Shown piece by piece: positions 49,992-59,267 of a stretch of 64,000 bases of DNA. The stretch lies in assembly GCA_027320085.1 (NCBI GenBank), contig DAHVLZ010000018.1, forward strand, positions 64,001-128,000. The letters are read 5' to 3'. The notes beneath the pieces were generated by a model. That model saw nothing but the letters and a program-made list of their open reading frames with translations, did no database searches and was not told the DNA's origin. How positions within the stretch are numbered: the stretch's first letter is position 1; each line of letters starts with the position of its first letter. The DNA is from Pseudomonadota bacterium (lineage in GTDB: Bacteria > Pseudomonadota > Gammaproteobacteria > JAKAQQ01). The translations under genes were made by a program, and so were the position numbers.

Positions 49992-50789
49992 GTGAGCCCC
50001 ATTTTTTTACTGACTGATTTCGGCACCGGTAGCCTTTATGTGGGCCAACTGCATGCACGACTGGCTCTGGCGAAGCCGCCCGTGCCCTGGGTCGATCTTT
50101 GCCATGATCTTCCGCCCTGTGCGCCGCGTGCCGCAGCCTACCTGCTCGCGGCCCTTACGTCTTACCTTCCGGAAACCGGCATCCTCGTGGGAGTGGTCGA
50201 TCCCGGTGTCGGCACAGACCGGACCCCGATTCTGGTTCAGCACAGGGGCTGGAGCCTGGTCGGCCCGGACAACGGGCTTTTTTCCCGGGTGACCCGTGGG
50301 GAACCGACCCGGGTTTATGAACTCTCCCCGCTCTCGAACCACACGTTATCCGCAAGTTTCCACGGGCGCGACCTGTTTTTGCCCTGGGCGATCCGGCTTG
50401 CCCAGACGGCTCTTGATCCTCGTCAGGAAGAGGGGCTCAGACCCCATCTCGGGCCGCTCATCGGCAGCGACTGGCCGGCGGACAACCCGGAAATTATCCT
50501 GATTGATCGCTTTGGCAATGCCACGACCGGTTATCGGGGCCGCGGGACCCAGCCTGGCTGGCGGCTTTGCTGCAAGGGCCAGGAGTTGCCATTTGCCACG
50601 GTGTTCGGATCCGCCCCCGTGGGCCAGGCCTTTTGGTACATCAACTCGATCGGGCTTGTCGAGATCGCCTGCAACCAGGATTCCGCTGCGCGTCTCCTGG
50701 ATCTCCGGGTGGGGCAGCCGTTTGATTGGAAGATTCCGGACGAGCGGTCAGTGCCTGGAACCCACCACCCAACGGATGGAACGGCTTAG
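49992..50789 (+). CDS. DUF62 SAM hydrolase (SAM hydroxide adenosyltransferase/halogenase family)
   Basis: LLTDFG, VVDPGVGTDR, GPDNGL, SFHGRDLF, IDRFGN and NSIGLVEIA. Confidence 0.9.
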   Translation: MSPIFLLTDFGTGSLYVGQLHARLALAKPPVPWVDLCHDLPPCAPRAAAYLLAALTSYLPETGILVGVVDPGVGTDRTPILVQHRGWSLVGPDNGLFSRVTRGEPTRVYELSPLSNHTLSASFHGRDLFLPWAIRLAQTALDPRQEEGLRPHLGPLIGSDWPADNPEIILIDRFGNATTGYRGRGTQPGWRLCCKGQELPFATVFGSAPVGQAFWYINSIGLVEIACNQDSAARLLDLRVGQPFDWKIPDERSVPGTHHPTDGTA

Positions 50790-50877
50790 GGAAACTCTGA
50801 TGTACGGAACCACAAGCCCCGTGGCGGCGCGGGGGTGACGGCAGCATTTACGTCGCCGAATTGATGAACCTGACTAC

Positions 50878-51420
50878 TTAGTCGGAGAGGATCCGAGAGG
50901 TACCGTCGATGCGGACCAGCCGGGTCCGGGACAACCGGTCATGCAGACCACCCCGGGGCAGGCGGCCCGTCAGGCCAAAGATGAGGAAGGCCGAGATCAG
51001 CCAGAGGATCAGGTAGACGGACAGGGTGGCTGTCCGGTGCCCGGGACTCCGGGGTTCACTAAAGTAGACGGGCAACAGCAGGATACCCACGAGGAGCCAT
51101 TCGGTCAGCGCTACAAGAAAGCGGATTGAGGCGTGGGCCCAGCCGGCTGGCTGGTTGTCGAGGCGGACGAGCTTGAGGCGCCAGGCCTTCATGCCCAGAG
51201 TCTGTCCCCCATGGCTCCAAAACCCGGCCAGAAAGATCCAGGCCAGCGCAAGCAGGAAGCCCCAGTAGAGAATCCGTCCAGTGGCCGATGCATCGAGTGA
51301 CTGCTGGGCCGGGTGGAAGAGAAGCGCCAGGAAAAAGGTGCCGAGCAACCAGAGGGCCAGGACGATGAGCCCATCGTAGAGCAATGCCGCGAGATGGCGA
51401 AACAGGAACAAGGTTCTCAA
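50878..51420 (-). CDS. RDD family membrane protein
   Basis: RHLAALLYD, GQTLGMKAWRL and LHDRLSRT. Start approximate (TTG 51420). Confidence 0.85.
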   Translation of the reverse strand: MRTLFLFRHLAALLYDGLIVLALWLLGTFFLALLFHPAQQSLDASATGRILYWGFLLALAWIFLAGFWSHGGQTLGMKAWRLKLVRLDNQPAGWAHASIRFLVALTEWLLVGILLLPVYFSEPRSPGHRTATLSVYLILWLISAFLIFGLTGRLPRGGLHDRLSRTRLVRIDGTSRILSD

Positions 51421-51424
51421 GGCA

Positions 51425-52357
51425 CTAGGGGAGGGCGGCCCAGACAACGGTATCCAGGCCAACCCGGGTGTGGTTGAGCAAGGGGATCCGGTGGCCGTTC
51501 TGCCAGAGATCGAGATACAGGGTCCAGCGGCGCCCGGTCGACACAAAGAGGCTGGATGAGTGTTTCCCCACGAGAAATCCGTGGAGCGCGGGGACATTTC
51601 GGATCGGTGTGTACCAGGCGGGGAGGTGGATCCGGGTTCGGGCTCCGGTGTCCAGGTCATAGCGGAAGTACGGATAGGTTTTCACCCCGACTGCGGAGCA
51701 CAGAGCGGCATGACGGGAAAGGCGGAGTTCCGGGTAGGTCAGCGGAACCGGGAAAGTGCGGAAATTCCCGCTTGCGAGGTTGTGGATCCAGAGCGCCTGT
51801 TCGTGGGTCTTGCGCCAGCTCGTGTAGAAAAAACGTGTCGCCCCCATCCGGATGACCGGGATCGGGATCGGAAAGGGCCCCGGGTCGATCAGGTGTCTCA
51901 CCCGGGGATCTTTGAAGGAGGCCCAGTACAGCCGTTCGGCATAGAGACCTGGTTTGGCCGTATCGTAGAAAACGAAGCGATTGAGCCCGGGGAAGGCGAC
52001 TGCCTTCCAGCCGCTCCGGAGCGGGGTCCAGCGACGGGTTTTGAGGTTGAGGAGGGCGATGGTGTGCTGGGGGTAGGTGCTTACCAGCAGCTGCTTTCGC
52101 GAGACGGACGAGAGAACGTCCACCCGGAGATGATCGGGCAGGTGGGTCACGGTCCGGACCTTGTGGGTCGTGAGGTTGAGCTCGAGGATCCGGTTTCCGG
52201 TTCCCAGATAAAGGATTCCCGGGAGGGCCACGGCAGGGCTCGATCCGCCACAGCCGGAGAGGGACAAAAGAATCGTGGCCAGTCCAATCCCGACCGGAAA
52301 CAGCCAGGCTTGTCTCCTGCTGGCGGGTCTACTGCATTGGGTGGGCTCGTGGGTCAT
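51425..52357 (-). CDS. Hypothetical lipoprotein overlapping the hpnM stop
   Basis: Lipobox LSGC after a hydrophobic stretch. Beta-strand-rich and basic. ATGA overlap with hpnM. Confidence 0.7.
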   Translation of the reverse strand: MTHEPTQCSRPASRRQAWLFPVGIGLATILLSLSGCGGSSPAVALPGILYLGTGNRILELNLTTHKVRTVTHLPDHLRVDVLSSVSRKQLLVSTYPQHTIALLNLKTRRWTPLRSGWKAVAFPGLNRFVFYDTAKPGLYAERLYWASFKDPRVRHLIDPGPFPIPIPVIRMGATRFFYTSWRKTHEQALWIHNLASGNFRTFPVPLTYPELRLSRHAALCSAVGVKTYPYFRYDLDTGARTRIHLPAWYTPIRNVPALHGFLVGKHSSSLFVSTGRRWTLYLDLWQNGHRIPLLNHTRVGLDTVVWAALP

Positions 52358-53109
52358 GGGGCGTGATTCCGGTGATGGCCGGTCGGCGTCTCAAAACGGC
52401 GGATGGATCGGGTCAGGTAGTCGAACAACCCTTCCACCCCGCTTTTTTTCACGACAAACTGAAACTGGGACTTGAGGAGGGAGAGGTTGCTGACGCCGTC
52501 CACAAAAATATTGACGACCCGCCAGGCCGAATGGGCTTTCTGGAGGAGGTAGACGAAGGTATGGTGCCGGTGGTTCCTTTCGTTGAATCTCGCAATCACG
52601 AGGTCATAGGCGGGGTAGTGCCGGTGCTTTGTGATATGAAAGCTCTGGCCTTGGTACCCGTTGAACTCATGGGCATAGTTGGCAATCGTATAGTGGATGA
52701 ACAGGTGGCGAAGCTCGTGCCGTTGCGCGGCGCTGATCCGTGTCCAGTCCTGCCCGGTCAGCAGACGCAACATCGCCTTCCAGGCGATCGTCCGCCGGAT
52801 AACCGGTTCCAGGATGTGGTAACGCCCCGCGAAACCCGCTCCGGGTCCCGCCCGCATGGAGGCCAGAAGAGACTGATCGAGAACACGGATCACCGCGGTG
52901 GGTGAGGGGGCTCGCGGTTCCGGGCGGGTGGGTGCTCCACAGGCCGGAACCTCTACCAGCAGGAGGAGGAAGGAAACAGACAACAGCCACAACGGGGCTG
53001 CTCGAGGCCGTTTGGGGACGGGTGAGGCGGCGGGAACACCGAGATTTTCCATAGGTTCACTTCCGGGAAGTAGAGGAGGCGCACCGCTGATGCGGGAGTT
53101 CGGTTTCAT
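52354..53109 (-). CDS. hpnM: HpnM (MlaC/Ttg2D-like hopanoid shuttle)
   Basis: GFAGRYHILEPVI, YTIANYA.EF..YQGQ and WRVVNIFVDGVSNLSL..SQF. hpn context. Start uncertain. Confidence 0.82.
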   Translation of the reverse strand: MKPNSRISGAPPLLPGSEPMENLGVPAASPVPKRPRAAPLWLLSVSFLLLLVEVPACGAPTRPEPRAPSPTAVIRVLDQSLLASMRAGPGAGFAGRYHILEPVIRRTIAWKAMLRLLTGQDWTRISAAQRHELRHLFIHYTIANYAHEFNGYQGQSFHITKHRHYPAYDLVIARFNERNHRHHTFVYLLQKAHSAWRVVNIFVDGVSNLSLLKSQFQFVVKKSGVEGLFDYLTRSIRRFETPTGHHRNHAP

Positions 53110-53126
53110 GAACAACTGGCGCCATG

Positions 53127-54170
53127 TCAGAAAGGATCGGGAGGAGCCACCGAGGCCACCTGAGCCCATTTCCGACGTTCGAGCCATTGCCAGGAAACCA
53201 GGAATGGCAGACCAAAAAGGACTTCCCGGAGGCGCCGGACCAATGAGAGGGAAAGCGTAATGTCCGGACGAATACCCAGCAGGCTCCCGAACACCACAAA
53301 TCCGCCTTCCTGGACCCCGATTCCGGAAGGAACAAAGAACGACGCGCTGCGCAACGCTTGGCTCAAGCTTTCGAGGACCAGGGCGCCGCTCCAGCCGACT
53401 CGGCTGCCGAGCAGGAACAGGGCCAGCCAGATTTCAAGAACACCGGCCAAAAGTCCCGCCATCTGCCAGAGTGCCGCCCGGAGGAGGAGGGTTCGGCGCT
53501 GATAAAGCCTGCGGATCGCCCGATCCAGTGCCTGAGGGTCACCCACGGCCCTGATAAAGCGGTTTCCCCCGCCCAACCGCTCGATCCATCGGTGGCAAAG
53601 AGAGAAAAAACCACCGCGCTGGATGAGCACGAAGATCGCAATGGCGGTGGTGGCCAGTAGCAAGGCGGGGAGGATCTGCCCATAGAAAGGGTGATTCATG
53701 CTCACTGTCACCAGAAGGAAAATCCCCATGAGGGTGAAAAAAATCTGGTTGAACAGCGTGAGCGTGACTTCGACGAGAACGCTTGCAATGGCGTTTGCCT
53801 TGCTGATTCCGGCCCGGGTGGCCAGCCGGGCTCCCGTAAACTCCCCGCCCACACGGAAAACCGGGAGCAGACCGTTGATGGCCTCGCGGATTCCCGCCAC
53901 CCAGAATAGAAATCCCGAGGAGGGTTTCTGTTCACTGTCGTGGAGCAAGACCCGCCAGCCCTGCGAATCCAGCATGATGGGGATGATATGGAGTGGAACC
54001 ACCCAGAGAATGCTGAAACCGGCAATCGCAAGCGTATTTTCAATGCCACGAAGACCCGTGATCAGAATCAGCCAGACGGTGGCCACGAGTCCGAGGGATG
54101 CAAAAATGATCGCGGAGAGATGGCAGTGGCCTGCCAGCGACGTGGAGCGGGGGGGTGAAGATGAAATCAT
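53127..54170 (-). CDS. hpnL: HpnL membrane protein (lysylphosphatidylglycerol-synthase TM family)
   Basis: IREAINGLLPV.RVGGE and LESLSQALRSASFFVPSGIGVQEGG. Confidence 0.85.
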   Translation of the reverse strand: MISSSPPRSTSLAGHCHLSAIIFASLGLVATVWLILITGLRGIENTLAIAGFSILWVVPLHIIPIMLDSQGWRVLLHDSEQKPSSGFLFWVAGIREAINGLLPVFRVGGEFTGARLATRAGISKANAIASVLVEVTLTLFNQIFFTLMGIFLLVTVSMNHPFYGQILPALLLATTAIAIFVLIQRGGFFSLCHRWIERLGGGNRFIRAVGDPQALDRAIRRLYQRRTLLLRAALWQMAGLLAGVLEIWLALFLLGSRVGWSGALVLESLSQALRSASFFVPSGIGVQEGGFVVFGSLLGIRPDITLSLSLVRRLREVLFGLPFLVSWQWLERRKWAQVASVAPPDPF

Positions 54171-56815
54171 TTCGGGGCCGGTTGAGCCATTGACCGGCTC
54201 CGGTCCGGAAGCAGGGAGAGAATCGCCGGAAGCGCCACCAGAGTGGAAATGAGGACCCAGCTCATCACGATGCTCAAGGTCTGGCCCAAAATCGAGATGC
54301 CCCGGTCAGGGGAAAGTGCCAAGCTACCAAAGGTACTCAGGGTCGCCAAGCCGCTGACCAAGATCCCGCGGGCCGTACCGGTTCCCAGAACGAGGTCCAG
54401 ATCATGACCCTCCCTCCACCGCACGATGAAATAGATGCCATAAGCCACACTGAGTCCCATGAGCAGGGGCAGAACGATGATATTGGCCATATTGTAGGAG
54501 ATGCCCCAAAGCCCCATTGTGGCGCTGGCCAGAACGATGGTCAAGATCATGGGGGCGAGGGCGAGCAGGGTGTGCCGGATGTCCCGCAGAACCCAGAACA
54601 AGAGGAGCAGGATTCCCAAAAAGGCCGTGACGGTCGCTTGCTGGAAGGCACCGAGCACGGCATTGCCTCCGTCAACGAGCATGACCGGGGTCCCGATCGC
54701 GCGGGGCGCGACCCGCGTAACCTGGCGCACGAACCGGCGGAGGCGGTTGAGATGGTTCAGGTTCCAGCGGGAAAAAACCCGGACCCGGGCCACCCCTTTG
54801 CCGTTGAGATAGCGTTTGCGCAAGCTTGGGGGGAGGCGGGCCAGAGTGACCGCTTGGGCTTGAAAGGCCGTCTCCAGGCGATGAAGTGCCGTCGGAAAAG
54901 AGCCCATGAGATTGCTTTGGAGAAGGGCCCAGTACGATGCGCCATGGGCAGGGAGGCGCAAGAACAGTTCAAGGGTCCGTCTGAGTTCCGCAAGAGGGGC
55001 AGCCAGCTGACTGAGTTTGCCGGTGAGCCGGATCCGCCGGGTAGCTTTAAGGAAGTTCTGGATGTGGTGGCGGGATCGAGCCGGTTGTGCTGGGGCGCTT
55101 CGAGTTTGCATGAAGAAAGGCGGGAACAGGAGCGCGGCTTGCCTGATCCAGGCCAGTTTGCGGCGTTGGTGGCCCGGAATAAAGCTGGCTGCACTCACGG
55201 TCATCCGGACAGAGGGGAGGTGATCCAGGCGCTTTTGGAGCTGGGCGGCCGCAGCCAGCCCGGGTTCCATCACATCGATGCTATAGGGTGAAAACCGGCT
55301 CCGGGCGACCAGATGGCGGAACGTCCGGACAGGGGGGGAGTTCGGGTTCTGCAGGTTCAAGGGATTGAAATCGAATCGCACCTGGGTCACGAAATAGATT
55401 GCAGCGAGACCAAGAAGCAGGAAAAGACCGCTGATCCAGGGCCCATACCGCCGGACATGAAAAGACTGCCCGAGCCGTATACCGGATGGTGCGGAAGCGG
55501 CGCGCACGCCCAGGATCCGGATCAGGGCGGGCAGGAGCGTCAGGGTGGCGGCCAAGGAGATAAACATGCTCACCCCGGCGATGAGGCCGAGACTGATGAT
55601 GCCCGCATACTGGGTTGGCACAAAGGAAAAAAAGCTGATCGCAGCGGCCAGGGCGGCCAGTGAGAGCGGCAGAACCATCGCAAGGCCGGTTCGTTCAAGA
55701 GCCGAGCCAATCTCGGGGTTGCCGTGGGATTCTTCCAGGTAACGGGTCGAAAATTGGATCCCAAAGTCCACGCCCAGACCAATAAACAGCACCGCAAACG
55801 AGATGGAGATCAGGTTGAACGGGCCCAAGGTGACGAGCGCGAAAGCCACAGTCCAGATCAGGCTCATGAGCAGCGTGAGAAGAATCGCCAAGACCAGCTT
55901 AAATCGGCGAAAGCCAAGTACGAGAATGGAGATAATGGCCACAAGCGACAAGAGCGTCGCAAAATCAACGCCAGAGGTGGCCGAATGCAACTGGGCATCA
56001 TCCAGCACGGCTCCTCCCGTGAGTCCCACATGGAGAGTCGCCCGAGTCTGGGATTCCAGCCGGGAGATCTCCTGTTGCAGCCGGCCAATGGCTGTTTCGT
56101 AAGGTCGCAGGGCTCCTGGCACAGCTTTTGGTTTCACGATAAGGATTGCCGAATGGCCCGCTGTGCCCTGGGCCCTTCCCCGCCCGGAGAGCAAGCGGCT
56201 CCAGGGAAGCGGATGGATTTGTGTCCGGATGGTGGCCCGGACAGTCTGGGTCACAAGGCCCAGCAGGTGGGCATACTGGGAGGAGAGGGGAGCCAGTGTC
56301 TGCGGGTGGCGGAACGCGCTCGAGAGCATCGAAAAAAAGCCGGATGTCGTGGGATCCAGGGCCAGATGGGCCATGACCGGTTCCGCGCGATCGATCCGAT
56401 CCAGTAGTTTTCGGAGCCGTGGTGAGGAGAGGTAAAGTAGCCCATTTCTCCTGAAAAAGGAGCCGCCACCGGGTTGATAGAGGTCGTGGTAAAGCGCGGG
56501 ATGGCGATTTAACCAGACCTTGAGTGTGTGGGTCGCCCGTTGGAGGGTCTCCACTTGAGTGGCACGCACGATAAGGACGATGGTCTCATGGACACCCGGA
56601 AAATCGCGATGGTATTCCTCGTCGAGCTCGTGGTAGGGGAGGTGCTTGGCCAGCAGGTCGGTCATGTTGGTGTCGATCTTGAATCGGGTGACCGTCATGA
56701 ACAGAGACAGGGCGGTCAACAGGCCAGCCAGCACCAGAACCACGGCAGCCGAGCGGCCGCATCGCCGAACGATCCGGGTCAGTACATGGACATAGTTTCG
56801 GTCCAGTTTACGCAC
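54167..56815 (-). CDS. hpnN: Hopanoid RND/MMPL transporter HpnN
   Basis: FFRRNGLLYLS, NLISISFAVLFIGLGVDFGIQF, FDFNPLNLQNP and NMANIIVLPLLMGLSVAYGIYF. Confidence 0.92.
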   Translation of the reverse strand: MRKLDRNYVHVLTRIVRRCGRSAAVVLVLAGLLTALSLFMTVTRFKIDTNMTDLLAKHLPYHELDEEYHRDFPGVHETIVLIVRATQVETLQRATHTLKVWLNRHPALYHDLYQPGGGSFFRRNGLLYLSSPRLRKLLDRIDRAEPVMAHLALDPTTSGFFSMLSSAFRHPQTLAPLSSQYAHLLGLVTQTVRATIRTQIHPLPWSRLLSGRGRAQGTAGHSAILIVKPKAVPGALRPYETAIGRLQQEISRLESQTRATLHVGLTGGAVLDDAQLHSATSGVDFATLLSLVAIISILVLGFRRFKLVLAILLTLLMSLIWTVAFALVTLGPFNLISISFAVLFIGLGVDFGIQFSTRYLEESHGNPEIGSALERTGLAMVLPLSLAALAAAISFFSFVPTQYAGIISLGLIAGVSMFISLAATLTLLPALIRILGVRAASAPSGIRLGQSFHVRRYGPWISGLFLLLGLAAIYFVTQVRFDFNPLNLQNPNSPPVRTFRHLVARSRFSPYSIDVMEPGLAAAAQLQKRLDHLPSVRMTVSAASFIPGHQRRKLAWIRQAALLFPPFFMQTRSAPAQPARSRHHIQNFLKATRRIRLTGKLSQLAAPLAELRRTLELFLRLPAHGASYWALLQSNLMGSFPTALHRLETAFQAQAVTLARLPPSLRKRYLNGKGVARVRVFSRWNLNHLNRLRRFVRQVTRVAPRAIGTPVMLVDGGNAVLGAFQQATVTAFLGILLLLFWVLRDIRHTLLALAPMILTIVLASATMGLWGISYNMANIIVLPLLMGLSVAYGIYFIVRWREGHDLDLVLGTGTARGILVSGLATLSTFGSLALSPDRGISILGQTLSIVMSWVLISTLVALPAILSLLPDRSRSMAQPAPK

Positions 56816-56841
56816 AGAGAACCATCCGGTTGATTAAAAAG

Positions 56842-57708
56842 TCAGAGGCTGGCATGGAAAGTCGTGGTGTGAAACCCCTGCTCAGCCAGGGTTCTGGAAA
56901 TGCGGCGGTCGAGGAGGGCATTCTGCTCGCGGATCGCGGGCGACTCGCGTTGTGCCACCCCTCGGGCAGCAGAGGCCGGATGAAAATAAATCTCACCCAG
57001 TCCTTCCGGAAACTGGGGGATCGCGGTCAGGAGCCGCTCGGTAGTCATGCGTCCTGTTGCACTGAGGCCAAAAAGGTAGTGATTGTGGTGGATTCCCCGT
57101 CGTTCAATTTTCCGGGCCATGGTCCGGAGGAGGGGCAAAAGCAGGATGGGCTGCAGTTTGCCCAGTCCCTGTCCCACCTGAAGTCCGAGACGCCACGGTT
57201 CATGGGGCAGGCGCAGGCTCTGCATGCCGTGATCCGGACCGATCGCGAGAATAAGGTCGAGCAGGGTCGGGTGGCAATGAAAGTGCTTGTGCACATTGAC
57301 ATGGTCGAGTCTGAGGCCGGTGGCCGAAAAGCGCCGGAACTGGGCTTCAATCTCCTGGGCGAGCTGCTGCCTGAGTTTTTCGGAAAGGGGGTAGCCGAAG
57401 CTGCTGACGACCATTCGATCCGTCAGGTTGCCATTCCGGTCGACGAGGTCGGGGATCCGGTCCCGTGGAGCACTTGCACGACCATGGCAAAGCACAAGAT
57501 GCAGGCCCACCGCCAGTCCTGGCAGTTCGTGTGCGCGACGGACGGCATCGTCAGTGGAGGCGGCATTGACCATGAGGCTGGCCGCAGTCAGGGCACCTTC
57601 CCGATGTGTTTTTTCGACCGCCTCGTTGACCTCGTGACTGTAACCAAAGTCATCCGCAGTCAAGATGACCTGCCGGCTGGAGGGCTTCAAGGTCGGGGAT
57701 CCGGCCAA
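56842..57708 (-). CDS. hpnK: HpnK (ChbG/YdjC family deacetylase)
   Basis: TADDFG, ASLMV, VGLHLVL, LDHVNVHKHFHCHP and EIYFHP. Confidence 0.92.
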   Translation of the reverse strand: MAGSPTLKPSSRQVILTADDFGYSHEVNEAVEKTHREGALTAASLMVNAASTDDAVRRAHELPGLAVGLHLVLCHGRASAPRDRIPDLVDRNGNLTDRMVVSSFGYPLSEKLRQQLAQEIEAQFRRFSATGLRLDHVNVHKHFHCHPTLLDLILAIGPDHGMQSLRLPHEPWRLGLQVGQGLGKLQPILLLPLLRTMARKIERRGIHHNHYLFGLSATGRMTTERLLTAIPQFPEGLGEIYFHPASAARGVAQRESPAIREQNALLDRRISRTLAEQGFHTTTFHASL

Positions 57709-57805
57709 GACCGGACTTCGCGGGACGAGGCACGAGACCGCGCGCGGTGGCGGGAAAGTCCCCTCACTCGTCCCGGAGTTTCCATGACACGCCCGGATAA
57801 TACAG

Positions 57806-59233
57806 TCAGGAGGCTTGTTGCCGTTCTTGGAGGAAGTGGAAAAACTCGACTCCCTCCCGCAGACGGCGTTTCATCATTTCTGGGCTCTTCAGCATCTCCC
57901 AGACCAACTCCGCCACCTTGCTCGGACGGAAATAAAAGCGCTTGTAGAAGCGGGCCAGGGAATCGAAAATCTCCTGGTGCGAAAGATCCGGATAGCTGAG
58001 TGGACTCAGTTGGAATCCGCTACCGGAAACCAGCTGATCTTGTTCCTGGGCCGTGAGCCAGCCGTTTTCCACCGCTTCCTGGTACAGCCGGGTACCCGGG
58101 TAGGGTGCGGCGAGTGAAACCTGGATCGTATGGGGATTGATTTCCTGGGCGTACCGGATGGTCTCCTCGATCGTTTCGCGGGTCTCTCCGGGCAGGCCGA
58201 GAATGAACGTGCCGTGGATGGTCACACCGAGCTTCCGGCAGTTCCGGCTGAATTCGCGGGCAATATCCGTTCGGAGTCCTTTCTTGATGTTGAACAAAAT
58301 CTGCTGGTTCCCCGACTCATAACCCACGAGCAGCAGCCGAAGCCCGTTGTCCCGCATGATTTTGAGGGTTTCGTAGGGGACATTGGCCTTGGCGTTGCAC
58401 GACCAGGTGACGCCGAGTTTCCCCAAACCGCGGGCAATGGCTTCCACCCGTGGTTTGAAATCGGTGAAGGTATCGTCATCGAAGAAGATTTCCTTGACCT
58501 GGGGGAGGTTCTGCTGAATGTAGCGGACCTCCTCGAGGACATTCTCCGGGCTACGGACCCGGTAGCGGTGACCGCCGATCGTTTGTGGCCACAGGCAGAA
58601 GGTACACTTCGAACGACAGCCCCGACCGGTATAGAACGAGACATAGGGGTGCTGGAGGTAGCCGATGAAGTAGTTTTCGATGGTGAGGTCCCGTTTGTAG
58701 ACGGTTGACACAAAGGGAAGCTCGTCCATGTTTTCAATGATCGCGCGACCGGGGTTGTGGCGGATCTGTCCCCGCTCGTCCCGGTAACTCACGCCGTCCA
58801 CTTGAGACAGGGGACGACCCTCGGTAATTTCCCGGATGGTGTAGTCAAATTCCTCACGTGCGACAAAATCGATTCGGGAAGACGCCTCCAGGGAGGATTC
58901 GGGTTCCACGGCCACTTTGGCCCCAACCAGCCCGACCTGGATCCGGGAATTCCGTTCCTTGAATGCTTCGGCCAGTTTGACGTCACCATGGAAGGAAGGC
59001 GAGCTCGTGTAAATCAGGACGAGTTCGTAGTCCCCCGCCACCCGCAGCACATCCTCGGCCGTGAGCCCATCAGCCGGCGCATCGATCAGCCGGCTGTTCG
59101 GGACGAGGGCCGCCGGTTGGGCCAGCCACGTGGGATACCAGAACGAGCGAATCTCGCGTCGCGCCTGGTAACGCGCCCCGGCACCGCCATCAAACCCCTC
59201 GTAGGAGGGGGGGTTCAAAAACAGGGTTTTCAT
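57806..59233 (-). CDS. hpnJ: Hopanoid radical SAM protein HpnJ
   Basis: MKTLFLNPPSYEGFDGGAGARYQA, CRSKCTFC and FFDDDTF. Confidence 0.96.
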   Translation of the reverse strand: MKTLFLNPPSYEGFDGGAGARYQARREIRSFWYPTWLAQPAALVPNSRLIDAPADGLTAEDVLRVAGDYELVLIYTSSPSFHGDVKLAEAFKERNSRIQVGLVGAKVAVEPESSLEASSRIDFVAREEFDYTIREITEGRPLSQVDGVSYRDERGQIRHNPGRAIIENMDELPFVSTVYKRDLTIENYFIGYLQHPYVSFYTGRGCRSKCTFCLWPQTIGGHRYRVRSPENVLEEVRYIQQNLPQVKEIFFDDDTFTDFKPRVEAIARGLGKLGVTWSCNAKANVPYETLKIMRDNGLRLLLVGYESGNQQILFNIKKGLRTDIAREFSRNCRKLGVTIHGTFILGLPGETRETIEETIRYAQEINPHTIQVSLAAPYPGTRLYQEAVENGWLTAQEQDQLVSGSGFQLSPLSYPDLSHQEIFDSLARFYKRFYFRPSKVAELVWEMLKSPEMMKRRLREGVEFFHFLQERQQAS

Positions 59234-59267
59234 GCATCCTCCGCGCGGTCATGCCTGCGCCAGGGGG

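Noticed and set aside
49992-50789. DUF62 protein as a chlorinase or fluorinase
   Set aside because: It retains the Asp-Arg-His hydrolase triad and has no secondary-metabolite cluster nearby.
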